From NCBI GenBank assembly GCA_963783885.1, contig CAWAPJ010000029.1:1-64000 (forward strand): DNA of 64,000 nt. Direction: 5' to 3'. Below are positions 47,883-57,474 of this stretch, in pieces. Below the pieces are notes generated by a model. That model was not told the origin of the DNA. It worked only from the letters and a program-made list of their open reading frames with translations, and ran no database searches. Numbering within the stretch: the stretch's first letter is position 1; each line of letters opens with the position of its first letter. Both the position numbers and the translations under genes were made by a program. This stretch comes from Waddliaceae bacterium. Lineage in GTDB: Bacteria > Chlamydiota > Chlamydiia > Chlamydiales > SLFE01.

Positions 47883-49873
47883 ATGGAGTTTCCTCTACTT
47901 CGCGACATCGTCGTAATCTTCGCCCTTTCCATTGCGGTGCTGCTCGTCTGCCACCGCTTGAGGATATCTTCTGTCGTGGGATTTATCCTGACCGGAATTT
48001 TAGCAGGCCCCCACGGGTTCGGGCTGATTTCAGCTATCGGGCAGGTGGATATCCTGGCTAAGATCGGGGTGATCCTTCTTCTTTTTACCATCGGGATGGA
48101 ATTTTCACCGAGGCGCATTTTGGCAATGCGGAAGGGATTTTTTATCGGCGGCGCCCTGCAGGTAGGCTTCACTATTTTGGGAGGGTTTGCCGTAGCCAAG
48201 CTCGTGGGCAGGCCTGCTTCCGAATCCTTGTTTCTCGGCTTCCTTCTTTCTTTAAGCAGCACAGCTATTGTTTTGAAGCTGCTCAGCGACAGGGGCGAGG
48301 GCAAAACGCCTCATGGCAATCTCATTTTGGCGATCCTAATTTTTCAGGACGTGATCATCGTGATGATGATGCTTATGATCCCGCTGCTGGCGGGGGAAGG
48401 TGCGCTCCCTTTAAGGGATGCTCCCATTGTCTTAGGGAAAGGGGCGCTGATTATTGGCATTAGCTTTTTTTCGCGATTAAGGTTGTTCCTTCTCTTCTCG
48501 ACCATGTCGCGAGGACGCGCAGCCGCGAACTCTTTTTGCTTACGGTCCTTGCGATTTGCTTTTCGGTGACCTGGAGTACCTCGCTTGCGGGACTGTCAAT
48601 TTCTCTTGGTGCCTTCTTGTCGGGAATGATTCTTTCCGAATCGGAATATCGCCATCAGGCTTTGGGAAACATTCTTCCCTTTCAAGACATTTTCACCAGC
48701 TTTTTCTTTATTTCCATCGGGATGCTTTTGCAGCTTGAGTTTGTCTATCAGAACCTAGTGTTGATCCTGGCGGTTTGTTTCGGTGTTTTGCTTCTTAAGG
48801 GATTTGTTGCCGGCAACACGTCTTTGATTTTAGGCGCTCCATTAAGGACGTCGATCCTTGTGGGGTTTGCTCTGAGCCAGGTTGGAGAATTCGCTTTTGT
48901 TCTGGCCCAGGCGGGAATGAGAACAGGCATGGGAGAGGTCTGGTTTTATCAACTGTTTTTGTCTGTATCTCTGCTGACAATGCTGGCGACTCCCTTTTTA
49001 ATCAAGTCGGCTCCGTTTGCAGCAAACTTTGTCTGCCGTCTCCCCTTGCCGGGGAAGCTGCTCTCCGGAAGGAATATGCGGGAGCTGGAAGAAGAAAAGG
49101 GACTCGCAAATCATGTGGTGATCACCGGATTTGGAACAGTGGGAAAAAACCTTGCCGAGTCCTGCAGAATGGCAAATGTGAATTTCTGTGTTTTAGAGAC
49201 CAACCTCGATTTAATTAGGCAGCAAAGAAAAGAGGGAGTGCCGATCTACTTTGGGGATGCCGGTCATGTTTCAGTTTTGCAGCACGTCAACATAGACAAA
49301 GCTTCGACACTCGCCGTGCTGGTGAACAGTCCCTCGGATGAAAGACGGATCGTTCAAGAGGCAAGAAGGGAAAACAGCGAACTTTATATCGTGGTTAGGA
49401 CCCATTATAGCGAAGAGTGCGAGGTTTTGTTTCAATTAGGGGCCGACGAGGTCGTCATCGATGAGTTCGAGTCATCGGTTCAAGTGGTCAACCGCATCAT
49501 GAGCCGCTACGGAGTGTCCTATTCCGAACGGGACCGCATCATCAACAGGCTTCCCGGAGGCCTAGACGATATGCTTCGGGAACCCCGCAACCCTTTTCTG
49601 AAATTTACCCAGCTTGAACTTGATTTGCCTCATGTGCTTTTGGAGGCCTGGGATGTCAGCCCCGGGGCCCCTCTTTGCGACAAGGCAGTACAGGAGTCGA
49701 ATCTTAGGCCCGAATACGGAATTTCCATTTTAATCATCATCCGGGGCGGGAAAAATATTACAGACATTTCCGGTAAAACCCGCATTTTGGAAGGGGATAA
49801 GCTTGTCGTCTTTGGAGATAAGGGAAAATTAAGGGAAGCGGAAGTTCTTTTTAAGGCGAAAGCCGCTCAATGA
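47883..49873 (+). pseudogene. kefC: CPA2-family cation/H+ antiporter (KefB/KefC-like) with TrkA-N and TrkA-C domains, frameshifted as assembled
   Basis: LLFTIGMEF, SSTAIV, LIFQD, LSQVGEFAFV, GFGTVG, YFGDA; T7 at 48465-48471 needs to be T8 to join the two ORFs. Confidence 0.8.
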
Positions 49874-50474
49874 TCCACGATCCGTTTTTAAGCAGATACC
49901 GAAACCTGTCATGAAGGCGGTGGGGCCGCCCCTGCCAAAATTCCACATAATCCGGCAAAAGGCGGTAGCCTCCCCAAAACTCTGGAAGAGGGATCTCTTT
50001 GCCTTCAAAACGGTTTTTTGTTTCTTCCCATTTTTTGTCGAGTTCTCCGCGGGAGGCGATCACTTCATCTTGTTTCGAGGCATAAGCGCTGATTCGGCTT
50101 TCCCTAGGACGAGTTGCGAAATAGTCTTCGGATTCACTGCGGCTGACTTTTTCGACTCTCCCTTCTACGACGATCTGCCTTGCCAGGGCAGTCCATAGAA
50201 ACGTTGCCGATGCGCGGGGGTTTTCCTCAATTTCCAAAGCTTTGCGGCTTTCGTAGTTGGTAAAAAAAACAAGGCCCCCCTTAGTGATTCCTTTTAAAAG
50301 GACTGTCCGGCTCGACGGTCTTCCATCTTTTGAGGCGGTGCAAAGAATCATCGCATTGGGTTCGATTATTTCAGCATTTGCAGTATCGTCGATCCAGATT
50401 TTTAATTGATCGAGGGGATTTTCTTTGAGAAGCGATCTTCTGAGCTGCTGCAAAGGGTTTTTCCTAATATCCAT
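49851..50474 (-). CDS. pdxH: Pyridoxamine 5'-phosphate oxidase
   Basis: EPNAM, PSSRTVLLK, FTNYESRK, WGGYR, EFWQGRPHRLHDR. Confidence 0.95.
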   Translation of the reverse strand: MDIRKNPLQQLRRSLLKENPLDQLKIWIDDTANAEIIEPNAMILCTASKDGRPSSRTVLLKGITKGGLVFFTNYESRKALEIEENPRASATFLWTALARQIVVEGRVEKVSRSESEDYFATRPRESRISAYASKQDEVIASRGELDKKWEETKNRFEGKEIPLPEFWGGYRLLPDYVEFWQGRPHRLHDRFRYLLKNGSWIIERLSP

Positions 50475-50516
50475 TGACTGGGCCTCCTTAACTCATTTAT
50501 AAGCGAAAGCAATGAG

Positions 50517-51725
50517 GTGTCAATGGAAAAGCTGTTAATCGATGAACTCGATATGAAGGGGAAAAAAGTTCTGATGCGCGTCGATTTCAACGTCCCTCTG
50601 AATGACAGAGGCGGCATTTCCGACGACACGAGGATAAAGGAAGCGCTTCCCTCGATCCAATATGTCCTCGATCATGGCAAAAGCCTCATATTGATGAGTC
50701 ATTTGGGAAGGCCGAAAGGAAAAGAAGAGAGATTTACTTTAAAGCCTTGCGCCAAAAGACTCTCCGAGCTTCTCGGAAAAGAGGTCAAAATGGCTCCTGA
50801 CTGCGTGGGAGGCGAAGTGGTCAAAATGGCGCAAAACTTAAAACAGGGCGACGTGCTGCTTTTGGAAAATCTCCGTTTTCATCAAGCCGAAACAAAACCT
50901 GAGTCCGATCCCGATTTTGCAAAAAATCTCTCTTGTCTTGCCGATATTTATGTGAATGATGCTTTTGGAACGGCCCATCGGAAGCACTCCTCGACATATG
51001 AAGTGGCAAAATATTTTCAAGGTTCGGCAGCGGCCGGCTATCTTATGAAAAAAGAAATTGACAATTTGGGAAAAGTTCTGAACAATCCCGCCCATCCCTT
51101 CTATGCGATCATCGGCGGAGTTAAGATATCGACAAAAATTGGGGTGATCTCTTCTCTTCTGGAAAAAGTAGACGGCCTGTTGATCTGCGGGGCCATGGCC
51201 CACACTTTTTTAAAGGGGAAGGGAATTGCAATTGGGGATTCCCTTTACGAAGAGGAATATCTCGATACGGCCTTTCAAATCATGGAAGAGTGCCGCGAAA
51301 AAAAAATCAAACTTATTCTTCCCGTGGATGTTCTTGCCGTCAGGGAAATTAAAGAAAAGCAGCAGCCTGTCGCTTTCGATTTGACAGAAGGGGGCGTTGC
51401 GAGCGGATATCAGGCCGTTGATATCGGTCCGAAAACCATCAAACTTTATAAGGACTCCCTTTCAGATGCCAAAACCGTTTTGTGGAACGGACCTGCCGGG
51501 ATATTCGAAATTCCCGAATTTTCCGAAGGAACGCGCGCTGTGGCCGAAATTTTGGGGTCGCTTAGGGCGGAAACCCTCGTTGGAGGAGGGGATTCGGTTT
51601 CTGCTGTCTCCTCACTGGGACTTGCGGGCAAAATGACCCACATCTCCACCGGAGGGGGCGCTGCCCTCGAATTTATTCAAAATGGCACCCTCCCCGGCAT
51701 TGAAGTCTTAACTGATAAGGTTTAA
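50517..51725 (+). CDS. pgk: Phosphoglycerate kinase
   Basis: RVDFNVP, SHLGRP, LLENLRF, NDAFGTAHR, WNGP, STGGGA. Confidence 0.96.
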   Translation: MSMEKLLIDELDMKGKKVLMRVDFNVPLNDRGGISDDTRIKEALPSIQYVLDHGKSLILMSHLGRPKGKEERFTLKPCAKRLSELLGKEVKMAPDCVGGEVVKMAQNLKQGDVLLLENLRFHQAETKPESDPDFAKNLSCLADIYVNDAFGTAHRKHSSTYEVAKYFQGSAAAGYLMKKEIDNLGKVLNNPAHPFYAIIGGVKISTKIGVISSLLEKVDGLLICGAMAHTFLKGKGIAIGDSLYEEEYLDTAFQIMEECREKKIKLILPVDVLAVREIKEKQQPVAFDLTEGGVASGYQAVDIGPKTIKLYKDSLSDAKTVLWNGPAGIFEIPEFSEGTRAVAEILGSLRAETLVGGGDSVSAVSSLGLAGKMTHISTGGGAALEFIQNGTLPGIEVLTDKV

Positions 51726-51850
51726 ACCATTGATTATTAAATATTTTGGTAATATCCATTGCTTTAAAATCTCCCTCTTGAGATAATCGAAATCTCAGCA
51801 ATGTTTAAGTTGAGAATAATTCTCAAAACTTTGACCCCTGAAGGGAGTGA

Positions 51851-53404
51851 ATGTCGGGTTCGACAGAAGCAGAGTTTTCCGGATGGCGATCGTTTTTTTG
51901 GCCCATCCACAGTCATGAGCTTCGCAAGCTCCTCCCCATGCTGTTGATCTTATTTCTCATCACCTTCAATTACAACGTTCTTAGGACGATGAAAGACACT
52001 CTCGTCGTCGCTACCGGCAAGCATTCCGGTGCCGAAGTCATTCCGTTTATCAAACTCTGGATTATGTTTCCCTGCTCCATTTTGCTTACATATCTGTTTA
52101 CCAAGCTCACCAACAAATTGTCTCGAGAGTTTGTTTTCTATTCCATGATGTCGGTCTTTTTGATCTTCTTTGCTTTTTTTATCTTTGTGCTCTATCCCTG
52201 CAGAGAATTCATTCATCCGCACGAGTTTGCCGACAAGCTCCAAATGTTTCTGCCCGTGGGAATGAAGGGTTTTGTTGCGATGATCCGCAACTGGTCATTT
52301 TCAAGCTTTTATGTCATGTCCGAGCTTTGGGGGAATATTGTCCTCTTTTTACTTTTCTGGGGATTTGCCAATCAGATCACTCATCTTGGCGAGGCGAAAC
52401 GCTTCTACGCGATTTTGGGAATCGGAACAAACGTCTCGGGAATCATTGCGGGTCAATTCGCCGTGCAGATATCAAAAACCGAAATGATTTCGTTTATTCC
52501 CTACGGCAGCCGCCCATGGGACCAGCAAATGCTGGTTCTAGTCTCAATCGTTTTGATTTGCGGCATAGCCGCGATGGCCGTTTTCCGATGGATGCACACA
52601 CATGTTCTCGATACTGAAACCGGTGAGGCAATTGAGACGTCGAATGGAGAGGTCAAAGGGCGGATGTCGATGCGAGAAAACTTTTCTTATCTGTTTAAGT
52701 CGCGCTATCTGATGTATATTGCCGTCATCACAATAGCCTATAACATCATTATCAATCTCGTAGAAGTTCTGTGGAAACACCAGGTTCATGAACTCTATTC
52801 TAATCCAAGCGAGTACAATCTTTACATGAACCAGGTCATGGTGATTATCGGCATTCTGGCAACCATCACATCCTTTTTGGGCACCGGCAACCTAATACGA
52901 AGGTGCGGCTGGACCAAAACAGCTATGCTCACGCCGATTATCCTGCTGCTGACAAGCGTTTTCTTTTTTGGGCTGTTTTTTGCAAAAGAGTACTTTCTCG
53001 ATGGGGCTCAGGTTCTCTTTGGAACAGCGCCCATCGCCCTTGTCGTTTTTTTCGGCACCCTTCAAAATGTTTTGAGCCGGGGTGCCAAGTACACAATTTA
53101 TGATGCCACGAAAGAAGTGGCTTTTATCCCTCTAAGCTCAGAATCGAAAATTAAAGGCAAAGCCGCAATCGATGGAGTTTGCAATCGACTCGGCAAATCC
53201 GGGGGATCGGCGATTCATCAGGTCTTGCTGATTTCCTTCTCTACACTCTCTTTAAGCGCCCCTTACGTTGCCGGTTTTCTCCTCGCGATCATAGGGATTT
53301 GGATGGGAGCCGTATCCTCTCTTGGGAAACAATTCAACTTCCTGACCACCGATGAGGTCAAAACCCCTGCCGATTCAGACGCCGAACCTGTCTTACAAGG
53401 ATAA
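51851..53404 (+). CDS. Nucleotide transport protein (TLC family; resembles Protochlamydia NTT3)
   Basis: FWPIH, YNVLRTMKD, LFWGFAN, KGKAAIDGVCNRLGKSGG. Confidence 0.9.
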   Translation: MSGSTEAEFSGWRSFFWPIHSHELRKLLPMLLILFLITFNYNVLRTMKDTLVVATGKHSGAEVIPFIKLWIMFPCSILLTYLFTKLTNKLSREFVFYSMMSVFLIFFAFFIFVLYPCREFIHPHEFADKLQMFLPVGMKGFVAMIRNWSFSSFYVMSELWGNIVLFLLFWGFANQITHLGEAKRFYAILGIGTNVSGIIAGQFAVQISKTEMISFIPYGSRPWDQQMLVLVSIVLICGIAAMAVFRWMHTHVLDTETGEAIETSNGEVKGRMSMRENFSYLFKSRYLMYIAVITIAYNIIINLVEVLWKHQVHELYSNPSEYNLYMNQVMVIIGILATITSFLGTGNLIRRCGWTKTAMLTPIILLLTSVFFFGLFFAKEYFLDGAQVLFGTAPIALVVFFGTLQNVLSRGAKYTIYDATKEVAFIPLSSESKIKGKAAIDGVCNRLGKSGGSAIHQVLLISFSTLSLSAPYVAGFLLAIIGIWMGAVSSLGKQFNFLTTDEVKTPADSDAEPVLQG

Positions 53405-53510
53405 CTAACTCTTAACAAAATTAATTTAATTTTAGCGTTTTATAAGTTTATTTTTTAAGTTGATTTTAATTATTAAATGTGGTAATTTTTATTTTTAAGG
53501 ACTTGTTATA

Positions 53511-55091
53511 ATGAAAACAACAAAACAAGCGGAGTTTGGGCCTTTCAGGTCAATATTTTGGCCCTTTTACCGGCGTGAGCTAAAATTGGTCATTCCCATG
53601 ATGCTTATGCTCTTTCTTACCTGCTTTAATTATAGCATCCTTCGCAATCTGAAAGACGTTCTTGTGGTTACCGCGAAATCGTCGGGGGGAGCCGTAATTC
53701 CCTTCATCAAGGTCTGGGCTATGCTTCCCATGGCTGTACTTTCCGCCTATATTTTTACTAAGCTCTCCAACCGATACAGCCAGGAAAAAGTATACTACAT
53801 CATGGTTTGGGGATTTCTCATCGCCTATGTGACATTCGGCTTTATCCTCTATCCGATGCGCGAGAGCCTGGAACTTGTCGGGGTTGCCAGGTTTTTGGAA
53901 TCGATCCTTCCGACCGGGGCGCATGGCTTCATATCCATGATCAGGCATTGGTCCTTTACAATGTTTTACGTGATGTGCGAGCTTTGGTCCAGTATTGTTC
54001 TAACGGTTCTTTTTTGGGGTTTTGCCAATGAAATCACCAAAGTAAAAGATGCCCGCCGCCATTATAGCATTTTGGGCGTTGTCTCCAGTATTTCCGCCGT
54101 TATCGCCGGCTTATTGGGCCGCTATTTTTCGAGTCTTGAATACAACCCCAGCCTCCCTTTTGGCAGCGACGCCTTTGAACAGACCATTATGGAAGTTGTT
54201 TTGGCTGTCTTTGTTGTCGGCCTTTTCATTATGGGGTCGTTTTGGTGGCTCAATAAATATGCCCTTAATTCACCCGAGTATATTGACCTTCACCGATCAA
54301 ACCGCGCCTTCAGAATGAGGAAGAAGCAATCTTTAAGAGACAGCTTTACCTTCCTTGCCAAATCCAAATATCTCATCTGTATCGCCGTTATCGTTGTAGC
54401 GTATAATTTGTCGATCAACCTTGTCGAGGTTGTCTGGAAAGATCAATTAAAGAATCTTTATCCCAACCGGGATGACTACTTCATTTATTTGAGCAATGTC
54501 ACAATTCTTTTGGGAATCATTTCTTCTGCCGCTTCTTTTTTCATCGGGAAAATCATCGGACGGATCGGGTGGACAAAAACCGCCTTGATCACTCCCCTGG
54601 TCCTTTTGGCGACCAGCCTGGGATTCTTTGGATTCCTATTTTACCGTCAGTTCATGGTGGATACGACGATTTATTTTATGGGAATGACGCCGCTGGCTTT
54701 AGCCGTCATGTTCGGCGGGGCTCAAAACTGCCTTAGCAAGTCGGCCAAATATTCAATTTTCGATTCGACAAAAGAAATGGTCTTTATTCCACTGGACCAC
54801 GAGACCAAGCTCAAAGGGAAAGCCGCCATAGACGGAGTAGGTTCACGCCTGGGCAAGTCCGGAGGTGCAGTCGTCCATCAGGCGCTGCTTCTGATCTTTT
54901 CGTCGCTCACACAAAGCGCCCCTTATGTTGCCACTATCTTGATGGGAGTTATTTTTGTCTGGTTTGGGGCGGTCAAAGTACTCGGCCTGGAATTTGCCAA
55001 AATGGCTCTTGAGAGAAATGACACTTCTGAAGGGATCACTGACCAGATTAAATCCAAACCTCAGCTTGCAAAGTTAAGTCCTGAAAGCTAA
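53511..55091 (+). CDS. Nucleotide transport protein (TLC family; resembles Protochlamydia NTT2)
   Basis: FNYSILRNLKD, LFWGFAN, KYSIFDSTKEM.FIPLD, KGKAAIDGVGSRLGKSGG. Confidence 0.9.
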   Translation: MKTTKQAEFGPFRSIFWPFYRRELKLVIPMMLMLFLTCFNYSILRNLKDVLVVTAKSSGGAVIPFIKVWAMLPMAVLSAYIFTKLSNRYSQEKVYYIMVWGFLIAYVTFGFILYPMRESLELVGVARFLESILPTGAHGFISMIRHWSFTMFYVMCELWSSIVLTVLFWGFANEITKVKDARRHYSILGVVSSISAVIAGLLGRYFSSLEYNPSLPFGSDAFEQTIMEVVLAVFVVGLFIMGSFWWLNKYALNSPEYIDLHRSNRAFRMRKKQSLRDSFTFLAKSKYLICIAVIVVAYNLSINLVEVVWKDQLKNLYPNRDDYFIYLSNVTILLGIISSAASFFIGKIIGRIGWTKTALITPLVLLATSLGFFGFLFYRQFMVDTTIYFMGMTPLALAVMFGGAQNCLSKSAKYSIFDSTKEMVFIPLDHETKLKGKAAIDGVGSRLGKSGGAVVHQALLLIFSSLTQSAPYVATILMGVIFVWFGAVKVLGLEFAKMALERNDTSEGITDQIKSKPQLAKLSPES

Positions 55092-55230
55092 GACATATAG
55101 AACTAATTTTTTATTTTATCCCCCCTTTATGTTATCTCTAAGTTAGATTTACTCTATTTTTATCAAGCCTCAAGACATCATCTTTTTCAGAAGAGAAAAA
55201 CAAATTAACAAATCCTTTAAGGAGTTTTAT

Positions 55231-55644
55231 ATGAAAAAGCGAAATTTGAAAAAAATCGCCTTGGCAGGGCTTGCCAGCGGAATTTGCATGATTAATTCGG
55301 CAAACGCCGGATATATTAATGCCGATGTGAATAACAATTCTATGAACCATCAGGCTCCTATGACATCGCAGCAGCTAAGATCGCAGCTGAATCCGGCAAC
55401 TCAAAAACTTTACGATACTATGAGTTCAGAAGGAAAAGCTTTAGCCCTTAAACTTGCGAATCAAAGCTGCAAGGGCCAAAACAGTTGTAAAGGACTCAAT
55501 TCCTGTAAAACCGATCATAACTCCTGCGCAGGCCAGGGCGGCTGCAAAGGAACGTCCAAAGGACCTTTCCAAGATAAGAATATGGCTGTAAAAACTGCTG
55601 CTAAGCATATGGCCGAAAAAAGAAACGGAGCCGTGGAACAGTAA
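55231..55644 (+). CDS. Secreted Cys-rich protein, BufA2 (bufferin precursor)-like
   Basis: AAGGAG RBS, Sec signal ending ANA, CKGQNSCKGLNSCKTDHNSCAGQGGCKG. Confidence 0.7.
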   Translation: MKKRNLKKIALAGLASGICMINSANAGYINADVNNNSMNHQAPMTSQQLRSQLNPATQKLYDTMSSEGKALALKLANQSCKGQNSCKGLNSCKTDHNSCAGQGGCKGTSKGPFQDKNMAVKTAAKHMAEKRNGAVEQ

Positions 55645-55650
55645 TTACTC

Positions 55651-55680
55651 GATTTGGGGGGGGGATTCTCCCCCCAAATC
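55651..55680. terminator. Hairpin between the convergent bufA-like and gabD genes
   Basis: GATTTGGGGGG...CCCCCCAAATC. Confidence 0.6.
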
Positions 55681-55685
55681 AATTT

Positions 55686-57050
55686 TCATGCTCGAAGAGA
55701 GACGCACTTTTCTACAAGGTACTCGTCAATGCCTTCTGGACCCCCTTCCCGTCCAAGGCCCGAATTTTTGATTCCCCCAAAGGAGAGTGACGGTGAGCTG
55801 GGGAGCCCATCGTTTATGCCAATAATGCCAAATTGCAAAGTATCCATGGCCCTGTAGGCTCTTTCGAGGCTTTGGGTGAAAAGATAGGATGCAAGGCCGT
55901 AAGGAGTGTCATTGGCCATTCGATAGGCGTCGTCATCACTGGAAAATCGGATAAGAGGGGCGACAGGCCCGAATGTTTCTTCGCGGCAAACCAGCATTTG
56001 GCTGTCGACATCAGTGAGAACGGCCGGGTCGTAAGGGTTTTTTCCTTTTAAAAGGGCTTTGGCTCCGTTTTTAAGCGCATCTTCGATTTGTTTCGGAACT
56101 TTATCGAGGACGCTCGGGTGCAAGACATTTGTCAGGTCGGTTTCAGGGTCATGCGGGTCGCCGACTTGCAGTTTTTTGACAGCATCGACAAATTTTTTGG
56201 CAAAAACATCATATATGGCCTCGTGGACAAAGATTCTGTTTGCGGCAACGCAGGACTGACCATTGTTGCGGAATTTTGCAATCACCGTTTGCGCGGCTGC
56301 AAGGTCAATATCGGCGTCGTCAAAGATAATGACAGGAGCGTGGCCACCCAGTTCAAGCGACAGTTTTTTGAGCGTAGGAGCCGAGTGTTCATAGAGATAC
56401 TTGCCGACAGCAGTGCTTCCGGTAAAGCTGATTTTTTTGATTTTAGGAGATTCAAGAAGCGCTTTGCCGATCTCTTTTTCATCTCCGAGAACGACATTGA
56501 CGACGCCGGGAGGAATGCCGGCTTCTTGACAGGCGAAAGCGGTGAAGAGGGCGCTTTTTGGACACTCCATTGCAGGTTTGAGGACAAGAGGGCAGCCGGC
56601 GGCAAGGGCTGCTGCTACTTTCCTTGCCGGCATGGCAAGGGGAAAATTCCATGGGGTGATGAGTCCCGAGACGCCTACCGGAGTTTTGAGAAAATGGAGG
56701 GTTTTCTCTCTGTCTGGAGAGGACAGCTGCCTTTGGTATATCCTTTCTGCCTCTCCAGCAAACCAATGAAAAAACCCCGCTGAGTATGCGGCCTCGGCAA
56801 GCCCGTCCTTTCTGGTCTTGCCCATTTCTGCTGTCATGATTTTTGCCAGCTCAAGGCGGTTACCAATAATCAGATCGCCGATTTTGCGGAGAATGCGCGA
56901 TTTTTCCTGCGGAGGCGTCTGCTTCCACCCCTCAAATGATCTTTCTGCGCAGTCGATAGCTTTTTCTACCGCTCCGACGGGAGAAATTTCCCCGTAGATG
57001 AAGGATCCCTGTTCTCTTAAGTTGAAAAAAGTCTGCATCTTGATCGACAT
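55686..57050 (-). CDS. gabD: NAD(P)-dependent succinate-semialdehyde dehydrogenase
   Basis: ITPWNFP..M.ARK, SFTGST, LELGGHAP, KFRNNGQSC, EETFGP, GGIKNSGLGREG. Confidence 0.88.
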   Translation of the reverse strand: MSIKMQTFFNLREQGSFIYGEISPVGAVEKAIDCAERSFEGWKQTPPQEKSRILRKIGDLIIGNRLELAKIMTAEMGKTRKDGLAEAAYSAGFFHWFAGEAERIYQRQLSSPDREKTLHFLKTPVGVSGLITPWNFPLAMPARKVAAALAAGCPLVLKPAMECPKSALFTAFACQEAGIPPGVVNVVLGDEKEIGKALLESPKIKKISFTGSTAVGKYLYEHSAPTLKKLSLELGGHAPVIIFDDADIDLAAAQTVIAKFRNNGQSCVAANRIFVHEAIYDVFAKKFVDAVKKLQVGDPHDPETDLTNVLHPSVLDKVPKQIEDALKNGAKALLKGKNPYDPAVLTDVDSQMLVCREETFGPVAPLIRFSSDDDAYRMANDTPYGLASYLFTQSLERAYRAMDTLQFGIIGINDGLPSSPSLSFGGIKNSGLGREGGPEGIDEYLVEKCVSLRA

Positions 57051-57199
57051 ATAGAAACCAAAAGCCTATATGTCAATGATGATTTTTGCGTTCTCTAACA
57101 GCAACTTAGAGAGGCAGACATTTGAGACATGGTCGCTAATACAAAAAAAAACATGAATTTTTATTTAAAAATCGTTATTTGTAGTTTTGAGGGCAAGTT

Positions 57200-57412
57200 G
57201 TGAATTTGATCAAGTTTATTTCACAAATCGGCAATGTCATTATCATCGGGCTTTCGATTTTTCTCGGAGGTATGATATTCTACCTCTACAGCGATAATGC
57301 GACATTCGGGGAGAAGCTGGCTTATTCGGTGATTTTCGCCGCAGCGATCTTCACTCTCTTCTATACTTTTAAGATAACAGTTATTTGGTTCATTAAAGCC
57401 TTAAAAAAATAG
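57200..57412 (+). CDS. Small two-TM membrane protein
   Basis: 70-aa GTG ORF with two hydrophobic helices and GAGGG upstream. Confidence 0.45.
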   Translation: MNLIKFISQIGNVIIIGLSIFLGGMIFYLYSDNATFGEKLAYSVIFAAAIFTLFYTFKITVIWFIKALKK

Positions 57413-57474
57413 ATTCAATAATCAAAATCAATTACAATATGGAATTACTAGAATAAATCAATTTTTGAGGGAAA

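Noticed and set aside
56088..56783. 231-aa antisense ORF
   Set aside because: Shadow of gabD
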